From the UHGV virus genome UHGV-0336137: a DNA stretch of 46,423 nt; one strand, written 5' to 3'. How positions within the stretch are numbered: the stretch's first letter is position 1; each line of letters starts with the position of its first letter. Below the pieces are notes generated by a model. That model was not told the DNA's origin. It made no database searches and saw nothing but the letters and a program-made list of their open reading frames with translations. This document shows, piece after piece, positions 11,164 to 19,903 of this stretch. This stretch comes from a virus. Made by a program: the position numbers and the translations under genes.

Positions 11164-12201
11164 TTAAAAGTTTTCGATGTTCTGTTGAGATGTTGATGGC
11201 TTCTCTTCGTTTGCAGATGACGCAGGCGCATCTGCTTTCTGGAGTTTTGCCGGGTTGAAATCGTCCTGCGGTGTGATAGTTACCGCCGCTGGCGATTCAT
11301 CATTAATGAATGATTCAATGCGCTCATACTCTTCTGCTGATGCCTTCAATGTAGGCCAGATTGCACGAATTTTTGCTTTCACTGAATCAGGCAAGTTAAC
11401 TGCCTCGGCAGTTAGCGCAGCAATGCCTTTTGACGCCGTCATTTGAAGTTTAGAGCGCCAGTGCTCAAACTCTTCGTCGACCTTGACACCTGAATCTACC
11501 CATTTAATTAAACCACGACCATGAGCCTCGCCTAAGTATCCTTCGTGCACACTATCACGGCCTGAATCAAAGAAAATTGGACGCAACTCTTCTGGTAGCT
11601 TGGTAAATTCCTGAATTTTCCCATTATCATACATCATCATGCTTACTGTCATTTCAAACATAAAATCTTTTTCGCATACAGCATGCAATCCGAGGGATTC
11701 AGGTTTCTTGGGGTTTTTAAAGCTCGTTTTCTCTCTGGCGCGTAAACATACAATGATATGCATATTGCTCTGCAAAAGAGCGCTCATGAATTTTTTATGT
11801 TCAGACTTAGCTCGCTTCCAGTCTGCCATTGCCTTACCCTGCAATAGTGGTTGCTCTGCAATATCATTGCATCCGCCTTCACCTTCCCATTCGTGCGATC
11901 CTGAATCAATAACCAGAACCTTAACGCCTGCCTCCTGAAATTCCTCGATAGCCTGGCGGTAACGAGCTGGACTAAATGGCGCATACAAATCAGCGTGCAT
12001 AAATGGACCGTCAAGCTCTCCAGAATAAAGCCTGCCACGACCATTTTCAGAGTCAAGAAATCCAATTTCTTCTGGTTTATCGACCATACCTCGCGCCATC
12101 TTTAGTGCCGTAAGCGTCTTACCGCTACCAGACTGACCTGAAATGCCAATCACTACGCGTGAACCAGAGCGCTCTGCTGGCTTAATGTTTAAAATACCCA
12201 T
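11164..12201 (-). CDS. RecA-fold ATPase (AAA_24 / Sak4-like recombination-associated protein)
   Basis: Walker A GISGQSGSGKT near the N-terminus; ORF-track start is GTG, ATG at 12201 has an AGGTGA RBS; sits between SSB and exonuclease as in phage recombination modules. Confidence 0.55.
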   Translation of the reverse strand: MGILNIKPAERSGSRVVIGISGQSGSGKTLTALKMARGMVDKPEEIGFLDSENGRGRLYSGELDGPFMHADLYAPFSPARYRQAIEEFQEAGVKVLVIDSGSHEWEGEGGCNDIAEQPLLQGKAMADWKRAKSEHKKFMSALLQSNMHIIVCLRAREKTSFKNPKKPESLGLHAVCEKDFMFEMTVSMMMYDNGKIQEFTKLPEELRPIFFDSGRDSVHEGYLGEAHGRGLIKWVDSGVKVDEEFEHWRSKLQMTASKGIAALTAEAVNLPDSVKAKIRAIWPTLKASAEEYERIESFINDESPAAVTITPQDDFNPAKLQKADAPASSANEEKPSTSQQNIENF

Positions 12202-12224
12202 CACTTCACCTCATTTACTATAAA

Positions 12225-13181
12225 TTACAGGTTAAATTGCTTTTTGAACCATTCTGGCGTTTCCATTTCGATGACCGGATTACCCATTGAGTAACCGGGC
12301 CATGAATTGGCTTTTTTGCATGCCTTATAGATTTCCATCGCGCTGCGCAGCTGAATGCGACCAATGCGTAACTGCTCATCCGTCAGGCGAATCAACGCAG
12401 GGATGAATGGAGATTTTTTCTCCTGCACCAGGAGGTTTACCGAGCGAGGCGCATGCCCATAAGCCTCTACAAACATGTCGTGCTGCATTGCCATCTTCAT
12501 AAAGTACCCGAGCCGCGCTGCATGGCGGAAAAACTCATCAGGCTTGGCGCTCACTGCTGTTTTGTAGTCTATGATGTCGCCGCCGCGAGTAAGGCAGTCA
12601 AAGCGTACTTTTGATGGCTCGCCAAGCAACTTACCGAGAATTGACACCTCTGAATAAGCACCAGAAAGCAGGCTGCTGTAATAGCTGTTTGCATGGATTA
12701 CGGCGCGCATCTGCATGATGGCGTCATAATCATCACCTTCCAGCATTGATTTACCAGTAGCAGCCTTCTCTGCCTCTTCACGGATAACATCGTAAATTTG
12801 TACTGGCTCGCCAGTGGCCTGAATGATTTTTATCACATCAGCTTTCGACTTCCCTGAAATACCTTTGATGCCGCGCTCTTTTGCCCATGAGTTCATGTCA
12901 GAAGCAGTTACCAGCACCGTGCGATTGCCATCTTTGTCTCTTGGAAAATCTTCGACAACTGGTATGCGGGCATATTCTGATTCGAATCGCTCAGGCTCAA
13001 GCAGCGCGGTATGGCTACCAGTTCCAAATATCAGAGCCTTTGATTGCTCATCTTCTTCGTCTTTGTAGCGCCACGCTGCCGGGCAGCGATCATAGATGTT
13101 CCACAGGCCAGAGCCGTTGATGTGCTCTGTGTCAGCATGATATTGGTCATTACTGAGTTCGTTGTTTAAATAAACTTTCAT
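12225..13181 (-). CDS. PD-(D/E)xK family exonuclease (YqaJ/Cas4-like, recombination-associated)
   Basis: 318 aa with ..GGDIIDYKT.. nuclease motif; RBS GAGGTG; adjacent to Sak4-like ATPase and SSB. Confidence 0.55.
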   Translation of the reverse strand: MKVYLNNELSNDQYHADTEHINGSGLWNIYDRCPAAWRYKDEEDEQSKALIFGTGSHTALLEPERFESEYARIPVVEDFPRDKDGNRTVLVTASDMNSWAKERGIKGISGKSKADVIKIIQATGEPVQIYDVIREEAEKAATGKSMLEGDDYDAIMQMRAVIHANSYYSSLLSGAYSEVSILGKLLGEPSKVRFDCLTRGGDIIDYKTAVSAKPDEFFRHAARLGYFMKMAMQHDMFVEAYGHAPRSVNLLVQEKKSPFIPALIRLTDEQLRIGRIQLRSAMEIYKACKKANSWPGYSMGNPVIEMETPEWFKKQFNL

Positions 13182-13204
13182 CCATCACCTCTTTTTATTG
13201 TTAA

Positions 13205-13230
13205 ATCAATCTACATCAAACCACGTCATT
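13205..13230. promoter_or_regulatory. promoter element CAATCTACATCA..CCACGTCA (leftward); reverse complement gives TTGATG-17nt-TAGATT
   Basis: same element family as at 286; about 25 nt upstream of the ATG at 13181; the VRR-NUC stop codon lies inside the second half-site. Confidence 0.4.
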
Positions 13231-13654
13231 CATCAAGCCCAAAATAGAATAACGTCGCTCTTTTTATCTCTTCAAGACCATAAGCAATGGCGCCAAAGTG
13301 ACCCTCTGCAATGGCGCACTCAAGAACCTCAATCTGCGATGGCGATACTTTTGATTTTGTCTTGTCACGTCTCTTCAACTCAATCAGGCCGCATTTATGA
13401 TTAATGCCGTGAGTTAGTATCACATTGTCGCTTACACCGCTCCTGACGCCCATCTTTCGGCGCTTCTCCACGAATTGCGGCCCACTCTTTGTGCCTGTCT
13501 CATTAGGGACATGAAACCACAGGACATCAGGAAATCGGTGTTGCATCCAAAGGCCATATCCCATCTGGTCAGTCTCTTCTTTAGGGCACTCTCCACGATA
13601 ACCACTGTCGAATACCCATATCCCGCTATCAAGCTGCTTCAATTTGTTCTCCAA
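13226..13654 (-). CDS. VRR-NUC domain nuclease
   Basis: 142 aa; ..HKCGLIELKRRDKTKSKVSPSQIEVLE.. matches the VRR-NUC PD-(D/E)xK signature; non-ATG (TTG) start in the ORF track, so the start is uncertain; overlaps the helicase 3' end, a typical helicase + VRR-NUC pairing. Confidence 0.5.
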   Translation of the reverse strand: MENKLKQLDSGIWVFDSGYRGECPKEETDQMGYGLWMQHRFPDVLWFHVPNETGTKSGPQFVEKRRKMGVRSGVSDNVILTHGINHKCGLIELKRRDKTKSKVSPSQIEVLECAIAEGHFGAIAYGLEEIKRATLFYFGLDE

Positions 13655-15545
13655 TGAAATCCTTGCGGTGGATGATATCTCGGCCTTTATTGTTAAAACG
13701 ATGCGTGATGCGTTTAGGTGCGCGGATTAAACCGGCGTAATGCATGAAAGTCTTCGCATCATGGCATTCCATCATTTTCTTCAGCATGGACTTGTCTTCA
13801 AGGTGCGGAAGCAGAGCCTTCATTTTAAACATGTCGCGCAGGTGCTTTGGCTTTCCTCCGAACGGATAAAACACCTCATTTGCCCAGCCGATCTTTCCAT
13901 CAGCTTTTACCACCAGATAACGATAAAGAACCCCCTCAGCGTCTTTAGTCAACTCGACTTTAAAATCTTGCACATCTGTCCATTCTTTATCCGTGTAGGC
14001 TCGCTCATTAAGCGCCGCATTAGGGTCGCGCAAAACGTGATCGCACTGACGGCAATAACGAGCTGTCGGGTCGTTCTTTGTGCCGCAACCATCATCAAAA
14101 ATACGGATGCCGTGCTTGTCGAAACCACAGCGAATGAAGCTGAAAAACTCTTCGCAACGACCATCTGGCGACATTGAGTCTTTACCGATGCAACGCCGTG
14201 CATATGGGCTGTTCATCGTCTGGCATTTAGGGCATGGAATTTGCTCTCCGCTGCGCTTGGCGCGCTGTGCTTCTGCTTCCTCAAGAATAGGGTCTTCGTA
14301 CAGACCGCCAAGCTCAAACATGGTTCCGGTGAAGTCAAGGCAAAGGTGGTTTTCTTTCACCAGACCTGCGGCAATCTGGTCAGGCTTCAACAGGCGCATT
14401 GGTCTGCCAAGCAACTGCGTCAGAAGAGTCAGGGACATGATTTTTCTCAGGATGACAGACGTGTCCCAATATGGGATGTTGACGCCAGTCGTCAGGCAAC
14501 CTATTTGCAGCGTGTATTTTTTGCGCCCGGTTGCCGCATCTTTCAGCGCTTTCCGTCTGGCTTTCTGCCCCATATCCTCGGTAACAATGGAATAACTGCC
14601 TTCTGGTAAATATTTTGCAGCCTCCTTGCAATGTTTCTTACCGGCGCAGGTAATGAGTACACCGAGTCTGTCGCGCGTAAGCTCCATGACTTTGAGCATT
14701 ATTTTTTGCGTCAATGTACCCTGCTTGAGAATTTCTTCCTGCATCTCTTTTAGCTGGCTATCAGTAAAGTCCTGCACTCCGTCAACGTCACTACTGGCAA
14801 AATCATGCAGATCGTATTGCAAGTCCTCGATATCCTGCCCACCAAAGATGGTAGGAACAAGAAACCCAAGATCGACAAGGTATTTCGTGCTGATGTTGAC
14901 GATTTCGTGTTTCCAGTAAGCCCCCTTGATCGACTCAACGCCGCGAAATGGGCTGCCGGTGTAGCCAATGACAATCACCTCATGCCCATACTTCGCTTTA
15001 CAGCGCCGGTTAAGTTCATTCATGATGACACCGTATTGCGTCTCTGGATGCTCTGATATTATGTCCTGCCAGTTAACCTGGTGACATTCGTCGACAAGTA
15101 TGTAGCGAGGGGTAAAGTCCGAAAGCAAAGATTTTGTCACTGTGCCATCATCGGCTGTCTTATCAAAAAGACCATTTATTATTGTGCCCTCCGTTCCCGC
15201 GATAAGCGGATACGCATATGCCTTGCGCCCAAGGGACGCGCTAAACAGAGAGTTTTTTACGCTCAGATTCCAGAGTTCCTCTGCATCCTGCTCAATAATT
15301 TCGCCTTGTCGCGCGATGACAAGCCCCTCCCACCCCATATCCTGGAAACGACGGGCAATCATGGCTATCATGATGGTCTTACCGGCGCCAACTGAAGCGG
15401 TAACATAACTTGGCTTTGGCTGCTTACCAAACTTGCGGATAACCTCTGCTGTCTTTTCATATACCAGCCACTGATAGGGTCGCGGTTCAATTTCCCCGGT
15501 ATGGATGCTGGAACGCAGCTTATCCATATCCAGCTCAGCAATCAT
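13629..15545 (-). CDS. SF2 DNA helicase (DEAH/SNF2-like) with C-terminal zinc-ribbon cluster
   Basis: Walker A SVGAGKT, motif II LVDECHQ, motif III GYTGSPFR, C-terminal helicase motifs; Cys-rich C-terminal tail (CPKCQ...C...C); start taken at ATG 15545 because the TTG at 15587 lies inside the promoter element. Confidence 0.7.
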   Translation of the reverse strand: MIAELDMDKLRSSIHTGEIEPRPYQWLVYEKTAEVIRKFGKQPKPSYVTASVGAGKTIMIAMIARRFQDMGWEGLVIARQGEIIEQDAEELWNLSVKNSLFSASLGRKAYAYPLIAGTEGTIINGLFDKTADDGTVTKSLLSDFTPRYILVDECHQVNWQDIISEHPETQYGVIMNELNRRCKAKYGHEVIVIGYTGSPFRGVESIKGAYWKHEIVNISTKYLVDLGFLVPTIFGGQDIEDLQYDLHDFASSDVDGVQDFTDSQLKEMQEEILKQGTLTQKIMLKVMELTRDRLGVLITCAGKKHCKEAAKYLPEGSYSIVTEDMGQKARRKALKDAATGRKKYTLQIGCLTTGVNIPYWDTSVILRKIMSLTLLTQLLGRPMRLLKPDQIAAGLVKENHLCLDFTGTMFELGGLYEDPILEEAEAQRAKRSGEQIPCPKCQTMNSPYARRCIGKDSMSPDGRCEEFFSFIRCGFDKHGIRIFDDGCGTKNDPTARYCRQCDHVLRDPNAALNERAYTDKEWTDVQDFKVELTKDAEGVLYRYLVVKADGKIGWANEVFYPFGGKPKHLRDMFKMKALLPHLEDKSMLKKMMECHDAKTFMHYAGLIRAPKRITHRFNNKGRDIIHRKDFIGEQIEAA

Positions 15546-15585
15546 TGCATCAATTTTTTGCACTTCATCCACCTTTGTGTTGCTC

Positions 15586-15630
15586 AATCTACGTCACAAT
15601 AGTAGACTGAATCTACGGCAATAATCAAGG
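15586..15630. promoter_or_regulatory. divergent promoter region with two tandem copies of the element (CAATCTACGTCA 15586-15597, GAATCTACGGCA 15609-15620)
   Basis: lies between the divergently transcribed helicase (-) and primase (+) genes. Confidence 0.45.
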
Positions 15631-15637
15631 TTAAATT

Positions 15638-16531
15638 ATGCGATACGACTGGAATGATATAGAGCCTTTAATGGTGGGAAACTGGCAGGCTGCAATCATG
15701 TCGATAGTTAATGTCGACATGAGAATTTTCAATGGCAAGCATCAGCCATGCCCGAGCTGTGGCGGCAATGATCGGTTCAGATTTGATGACCACCTTGACT
15801 ACAAAGGTGACGGCGGCGCCATCTGCAACCAGTGCGGAAACGGGAGCGGAATCACATGGCTAATGAAGCTGTCAGGAATGACGTTCCCAGAGTCAATGGA
15901 GGCACTGGCCGGATTTCTTAACATGCACCCACGCGAAAAACTTGAGGCGATTAGAAAGCAACTTCCGAAGGTCAACCATGCTTCTGACTACCTGACAGAG
16001 GCAGAAGTGGCGGTCATCATGGAAAAAGCAGGAGGCGATACCATAACCGGCAAAACCGGTGAACTGGTGGCGATACCGCTCTATATGGCTGGAACCATGA
16101 CGCCATGCAATGTGGCTTTTCTGGCAGAAGATGAAAGCGTGTCATTTCGCGCGGGTTTTAGCCATGAGTACACTCGCGGAAGACTTACGCGCGGTGCTGT
16201 TACACCCATCGGCGATAAGACAGAATGGACATACCTGGTTGCGGATTACTTCGATGCCTGGCGAGCACACCGGCTTACCGGCGCACATGTCTGGTGTTGC
16301 TGGTCGCCGGAAAATATGTGGGAAGTTGTGCGCAATGTGGGCGATGAGCAGCGAGCCAAACTACGCTGTATCATTAATAATAATTTCGATGAGGTATGCG
16401 CAGCCGAGAATGCCGGCCTGCCAATACTGATTACTGATGACGGGCGGGATATTCGTTACAGTGGCGCCATCAGAAAAAGGCTGTATAAACCAGAAGAGCT
16501 ATTTGAAGCACTAAAAAACAAACCCTCCTGA
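15638..16531 (+). CDS. DNA primase (zinc-ribbon + TOPRIM type)
   Basis: N-terminal CPSCGGNDRFRFDD...CNQCGNG zinc-binding motif typical of P4-alpha/primase Zn-ribbon domains, followed by an acidic TOPRIM-like region; RBS AAGG. Confidence 0.65.
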   Translation: MRYDWNDIEPLMVGNWQAAIMSIVNVDMRIFNGKHQPCPSCGGNDRFRFDDHLDYKGDGGAICNQCGNGSGITWLMKLSGMTFPESMEALAGFLNMHPREKLEAIRKQLPKVNHASDYLTEAEVAVIMEKAGGDTITGKTGELVAIPLYMAGTMTPCNVAFLAEDESVSFRAGFSHEYTRGRLTRGAVTPIGDKTEWTYLVADYFDAWRAHRLTGAHVWCCWSPENMWEVVRNVGDEQRAKLRCIINNNFDEVCAAENAGLPILITDDGRDIRYSGAIRKRLYKPEELFEALKNKPS

Positions 16532-16546
16532 TGGAGGGTTTTTGTT
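16513..16546. terminator. bidirectional rho-independent terminator
   Basis: AAAAAACAAACCCTCC-TGAT-GGAGGGTTTTTGTT; the primase stop codon sits in the loop. Confidence 0.55.
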
Positions 16547-16736
16547 ATCGTATCATCAATTTTCTTATATCCACACTTCCATAAAGGTGACGATGCCAGT
16601 AACTATCAATAACATGATAGCTTGATATTAACCAGCAGCCGTGAAATTTACTCCAGAAAAACCAAACACTCCAACCATAAGGCCTAAAATGATATGCGCC
16701 TTCTGACCTTACTAAGTAACCTTTTATCTTCATCAT
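16545..16736 (-). CDS. hypothetical 63-aa protein (W/H/Y-rich)
   Basis: ATGA-coupled to the upstream gene's stop, GAGG RBS; unusual composition, no homology recognised. Confidence 0.25.
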   Translation of the reverse strand: MMKIKGYLVRSEGAYHFRPYGWSVWFFWSKFHGCWLISSYHVIDSYWHRHLYGSVDIRKLMIR

Positions 16737-18286
16737 TTAAGCCTCGGATTCAGGTAAACAGTATTATTGAGGAATACGCAATATCCATCCTCTTCAAGAG
16801 ACGGCAAAACGTTTGACTTGAGCCTGTCATATATATGCGGTATACCTTTGAATGGTCTGACGTTTTTTAGTGAATCATACAGCCATTTCACGGTGACGTT
16901 TGTCTTTCCTTTTTGCGCAGCTGTGCGCAATTTTTCAGCAACGACATCAATTTCTGATTTCTCGCCAGCGTATCCATTTGACTCAACGGCATCGGTAAAT
17001 GTTTTTGTTAGTGCATCATAAACGCTTATGGCGCGGCTTATATGCTCCTCACCAATAATTTTTGAGCGACGCCCGCCATCGCACCAGTTTTCAGCGGCAT
17101 GGAATATTGCTGAAAGCCTGATTATCTGTTTGTCAGCCTTACCCATGGCGCCACGAAGCAAAACATGATCCCATTTTCCACCAGGAAGAAAATTCTTTTC
17201 CCACTGGTTTCGTAAAAGTCCAATCATACGCTGCGATTCTTTAGCGAGGGAGAAAACAACCTTCTCAGAAGCCACAAGGTTATGCACAAACCTGGCATAT
17301 TCTGCCTTTAGTTCTTTAGGCATTGGCTTACTTACCGGGCAATCATTTTCCACATCCCAATGCTCACGATAACCCAACATCGACTGTTCACGAAGCATCA
17401 GGAATCGCTCTGACAATCCATTACCCCTGTCGCCAGCAGACAGAATGGCATCAATACTTTCATCCTGCGCAATGACGCTGATGTTACCGAGTACGTAGCC
17501 AGATGAAACACCACGACCAACGCGAGCTGAGCCAACAAACCCGCCATCCCAACCCTTCAGGATGACCTCGGCGTTAGACTTGCCTCCATCCTTGCCATAC
17601 GAAAGGCCAAGACAGGTATTTAAAACGCTTGCCTCATCACTTATCAGGTTGAAAAAACCACCCTCATGAATTGCCTGGTGCTGCACAGCTTCTGGCGTTG
17701 CATCGGTTAACGGGTAGGTGATGGTGTAAAGACTTTCCAGCTTTTCCTTCTCTTTCGCAATGTCATCTCCAATGATGGCCTTCGCGTTCTGATTCGTCGC
17801 TTCCTTGTAAGCCTTCATCAGGTCTTCAATGCGAATGTTTATCTTTACAATTTCCTTCTCCATCTTTTTTGACAGGTTGTCATACTCAATTTTTATCGGG
17901 TTCATGTGCATTGAGTTGATGGCTGTCTTGCCAGCTGATGGCGGCTGCGACGTCACCACATACAAGGAAACAGGCAATTCAGAACCGTAGTATTCAACGC
18001 TAAAATTTCGCGTCATGGCACTTGCTACGCAGCCAAGCAGGTGCATGAATGATGTGCTAACAGGGAATTGCACAGCCCTCGCCGCCGCAACTGAGTAGCG
18101 CGTTATCAGGTCTTTCCTGTTGTCGCTGGTAAGCTCTATCTCCGAGTATGTTACATCCTTCTCCTGTCCTTCCTTGATTTCCGGCCACATGTTATGGCTT
18201 GGTGTCATGCCATGATGAATGGCTACGCGCGCCGCAGAGGTGTGCGCCTCTCTTGCCTGATTGAAGATTTCCTGTGCTGTAATCAT
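16733..18286 (-). CDS. DUF3987-like protein (primase/helicase-associated C-terminal domain family)
   Basis: 517 aa; ..VVTSQPPSAGKTAINSM.. P-loop-like motif as seen in DUF3987 proteins of phage/plasmid primase-helicase systems; sits in the replication operon. Confidence 0.4.
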   Translation of the reverse strand: MITAQEIFNQAREAHTSAARVAIHHGMTPSHNMWPEIKEGQEKDVTYSEIELTSDNRKDLITRYSVAAARAVQFPVSTSFMHLLGCVASAMTRNFSVEYYGSELPVSLYVVTSQPPSAGKTAINSMHMNPIKIEYDNLSKKMEKEIVKINIRIEDLMKAYKEATNQNAKAIIGDDIAKEKEKLESLYTITYPLTDATPEAVQHQAIHEGGFFNLISDEASVLNTCLGLSYGKDGGKSNAEVILKGWDGGFVGSARVGRGVSSGYVLGNISVIAQDESIDAILSAGDRGNGLSERFLMLREQSMLGYREHWDVENDCPVSKPMPKELKAEYARFVHNLVASEKVVFSLAKESQRMIGLLRNQWEKNFLPGGKWDHVLLRGAMGKADKQIIRLSAIFHAAENWCDGGRRSKIIGEEHISRAISVYDALTKTFTDAVESNGYAGEKSEIDVVAEKLRTAAQKGKTNVTVKWLYDSLKNVRPFKGIPHIYDRLKSNVLPSLEEDGYCVFLNNTVYLNPRLK

Positions 18287-18544
18287 TTAAACCTCATACT
18301 CGGTTGCAAATGATTCGTGTGGGTTCTCTGATAGCCACTGCTTAGCTTTAAGTACGGCTGCGTTTGCCTCCTCTGCCGTTTCAAACCTGCCAAGCTCATA
18401 CCTTAGTCGGTTAACAACAATCCTAGCCCTGAAATATCCAGAGTGCTTATGGAAGTCAACCCCTCTAAACCCGGTAGATGATGGCCTTCCGCCACCGGAT
18501 GATGAAAGTCTTTTTTTCTTAAGTAGCTTTCCATGTGCAGACAT
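18287..18544 (-). CDS. AP2-domain DNA-binding protein (stand-alone; no nuclease motif)
   Basis: 85 aa; ..FRGVDFHKHSGYFRARIVVNRLRYELGRFETAEEA.. AP2-type strand-strand-strand-helix signature normally attached to HNH homing endonucleases. Confidence 0.5.
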   Translation of the reverse strand: MSAHGKLLKKKRLSSSGGGRPSSTGFRGVDFHKHSGYFRARIVVNRLRYELGRFETAEEANAAVLKAKQWLSENPHESFATEYEV

Positions 18545-19003
18545 AATTTACCCTCGCTAACGACTTTTAACCATGATACCCCATAAATTACCCTCCGTAA
18601 AGCGTCCGCAAACAAACTTTGTTTAGGGTTAGCTGGGTTAACTGTGGGGAAGGCCATCTTCCCCAAGATTTTTTACTGTAAGTGTATGTATTATAATAAT
18701 AGTAGTAGTAGTTGGGTTAATTGGGTATATTATTATTCATATTATAGATTTTATTATAACAATAAATTAACAAATGAATTATATGGGTTATATATAAGGG
18801 GATATGAGTGAAAACATACCCTGCTGCCCCTAAATTGTTAAATTACAATATTAACATTAACTTACCGCGAAAAATCTGGGGCAATTAACCTGCCCCAGCA
18901 CCTTACCCACAGGGGTAAATTTTACCCCAGGCGGATTTATTTTCACCATCATATTGACGTAGATTGAGCGCCATCGTATAGTTACCACACCAACAACAAA
19001 GAG
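18545..19003. promoter_or_regulatory. AT-rich early control region: hairpins, (T)TGGGTTA / GGGGTAA half-site repeats (at least 8), a 17-bp palindrome GGGGTAAATTTTACCCC (18912-18928), and the promoter element TTGACGTAGATT (18954-18965)
   Basis: 460 bp without credible ORFs between the replication operon start and the early rightward operon; repeat positions about 18625, 18634, 18712, 18721, 18784, 18903, 18912, 18921. Confidence 0.45.
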
Positions 19004-19012
19004 GTGATGAAA

Positions 19013-19198
19013 ATGACCAAAGCAATCTACACGCGCACTCAACTGGAACCAGAAATGGGCGCAGTGAAAGCGCAAAACTTTATGATGGCGCAGGCGATGC
19101 ATGCATACAGCAACGGTAAGAGAGTCTGTCGCGTTTTTAGTGGCGAAGGCAAGAAGAGAGTGCTTGAGCAGGTCATAGTGTCATCTGGTGGAAACTAA
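19013..19198 (+). CDS. hypothetical early protein (61 aa)
   Basis: ATG 8 nt after AAAGAGG; first gene downstream of the promoter element at 18954-18965. Confidence 0.4.
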   Translation: MTKAIYTRTQLEPEMGAVKAQNFMMAQAMHAYSNGKRVCRVFSGEGKKRVLEQVIVSSGGN

Positions 19199-19213
19199 AC
19201 CGGTTTAGCAACA

Positions 19214-19492
19214 ATGAATAAATTACTGGCAGTGGTTTTACTGGTTATCGCTAACGCGGCAATCGCTGAGACTATATGGGTCACGAAGTATGCGCTGACC
19301 CGTGGCATTCAGAAGTACGAAAGCGCACAGCTGTTTGCCGATGGTCAGGTGGCTGTGGTTGGCGATGTTTACTTTAAACGTGGTGAGTACTGGCTTGATG
19401 AGCGGCAGGCAAAAGAGCATGCAGAAACTTTGCGGCAACGCCGTGTATCTGCACTGATGCGTGAGCTTGAACGTTTACAGGCGGTTAAGTGA
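19214..19492 (+). CDS. small secreted/periplasmic protein
   Basis: 92 aa with N-terminal signal peptide MNKLLAVVLLVIANAAIA-ET. Confidence 0.45.
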   Translation: MNKLLAVVLLVIANAAIAETIWVTKYALTRGIQKYESAQLFADGQVAVVGDVYFKRGEYWLDERQAKEHAETLRQRRVSALMRELERLQAVK

Positions 19493-19498
19493 GGATTT

Positions 19499-19903
19499 AT
19501 GGATATCGAAATTAACGAAGTTCATGAAATTATTAAAAACCTTGAGAGCGTTGGTGAAATCTCAATCAAAGAGGGAAAATACCTCAAGGTGGCAAAGCTG
19601 TGCGTGCAGCTGGCTGCGGAGAATATAGCGCTGAAGGCGACGAGCGATGATCGCCGCATGTTCATCATGAACGGGGTGCAGTTAGGTTATATCAAGGTGC
19701 CAACAGTTGAAACTGACCCGGCACTAGAAACCATTCGTATTGCTGTATCTCCGCAAGAAACGACCCCAGCCTCAGATCGCATCGTAGCCGGTATTAAGGC
19801 TGATGGGGTGGAGGAGTGGGTTTCCAGTAGGGGCGGCCGCTGGAATGGCACGACCGAAGAGGCGCTTAAGTTCGCCAAGCAGCTGCGCGAGGGGGCCAAA
19901 TGA
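19499..19903 (+). CDS. hypothetical protein
   Basis: 134 aa, coupled to neighbours (stop/start overlap ATGA at 19900). Confidence 0.4.
   Translation: MDIEINEVHEIIKNLESVGEISIKEGKYLKVAKLCVQLAAENIALKATSDDRRMFIMNGVQLGYIKVPTVETDPALETIRIAVSPQETTPASDRIVAGIKADGVEEWVSSRGGRWNGTTEEALKFAKQLREGAK

Noticed and set aside
13740-15408. Multiple ORFs on the plus strand within the helicase gene (13740..14177, 14080..14595, 14241..14609, 14626..14919, 14805..15056, 15081..15395, 15142..15408)
   Set aside because: All are antisense to a helicase ORF with intact motifs, and none has start signals.
18857-19102. 81-aa minus-strand ORF across the early control region
   Set aside because: It lies over the hairpin, palindrome and promoter element. 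It has no RBS and overlaps the start of the early operon antisense.
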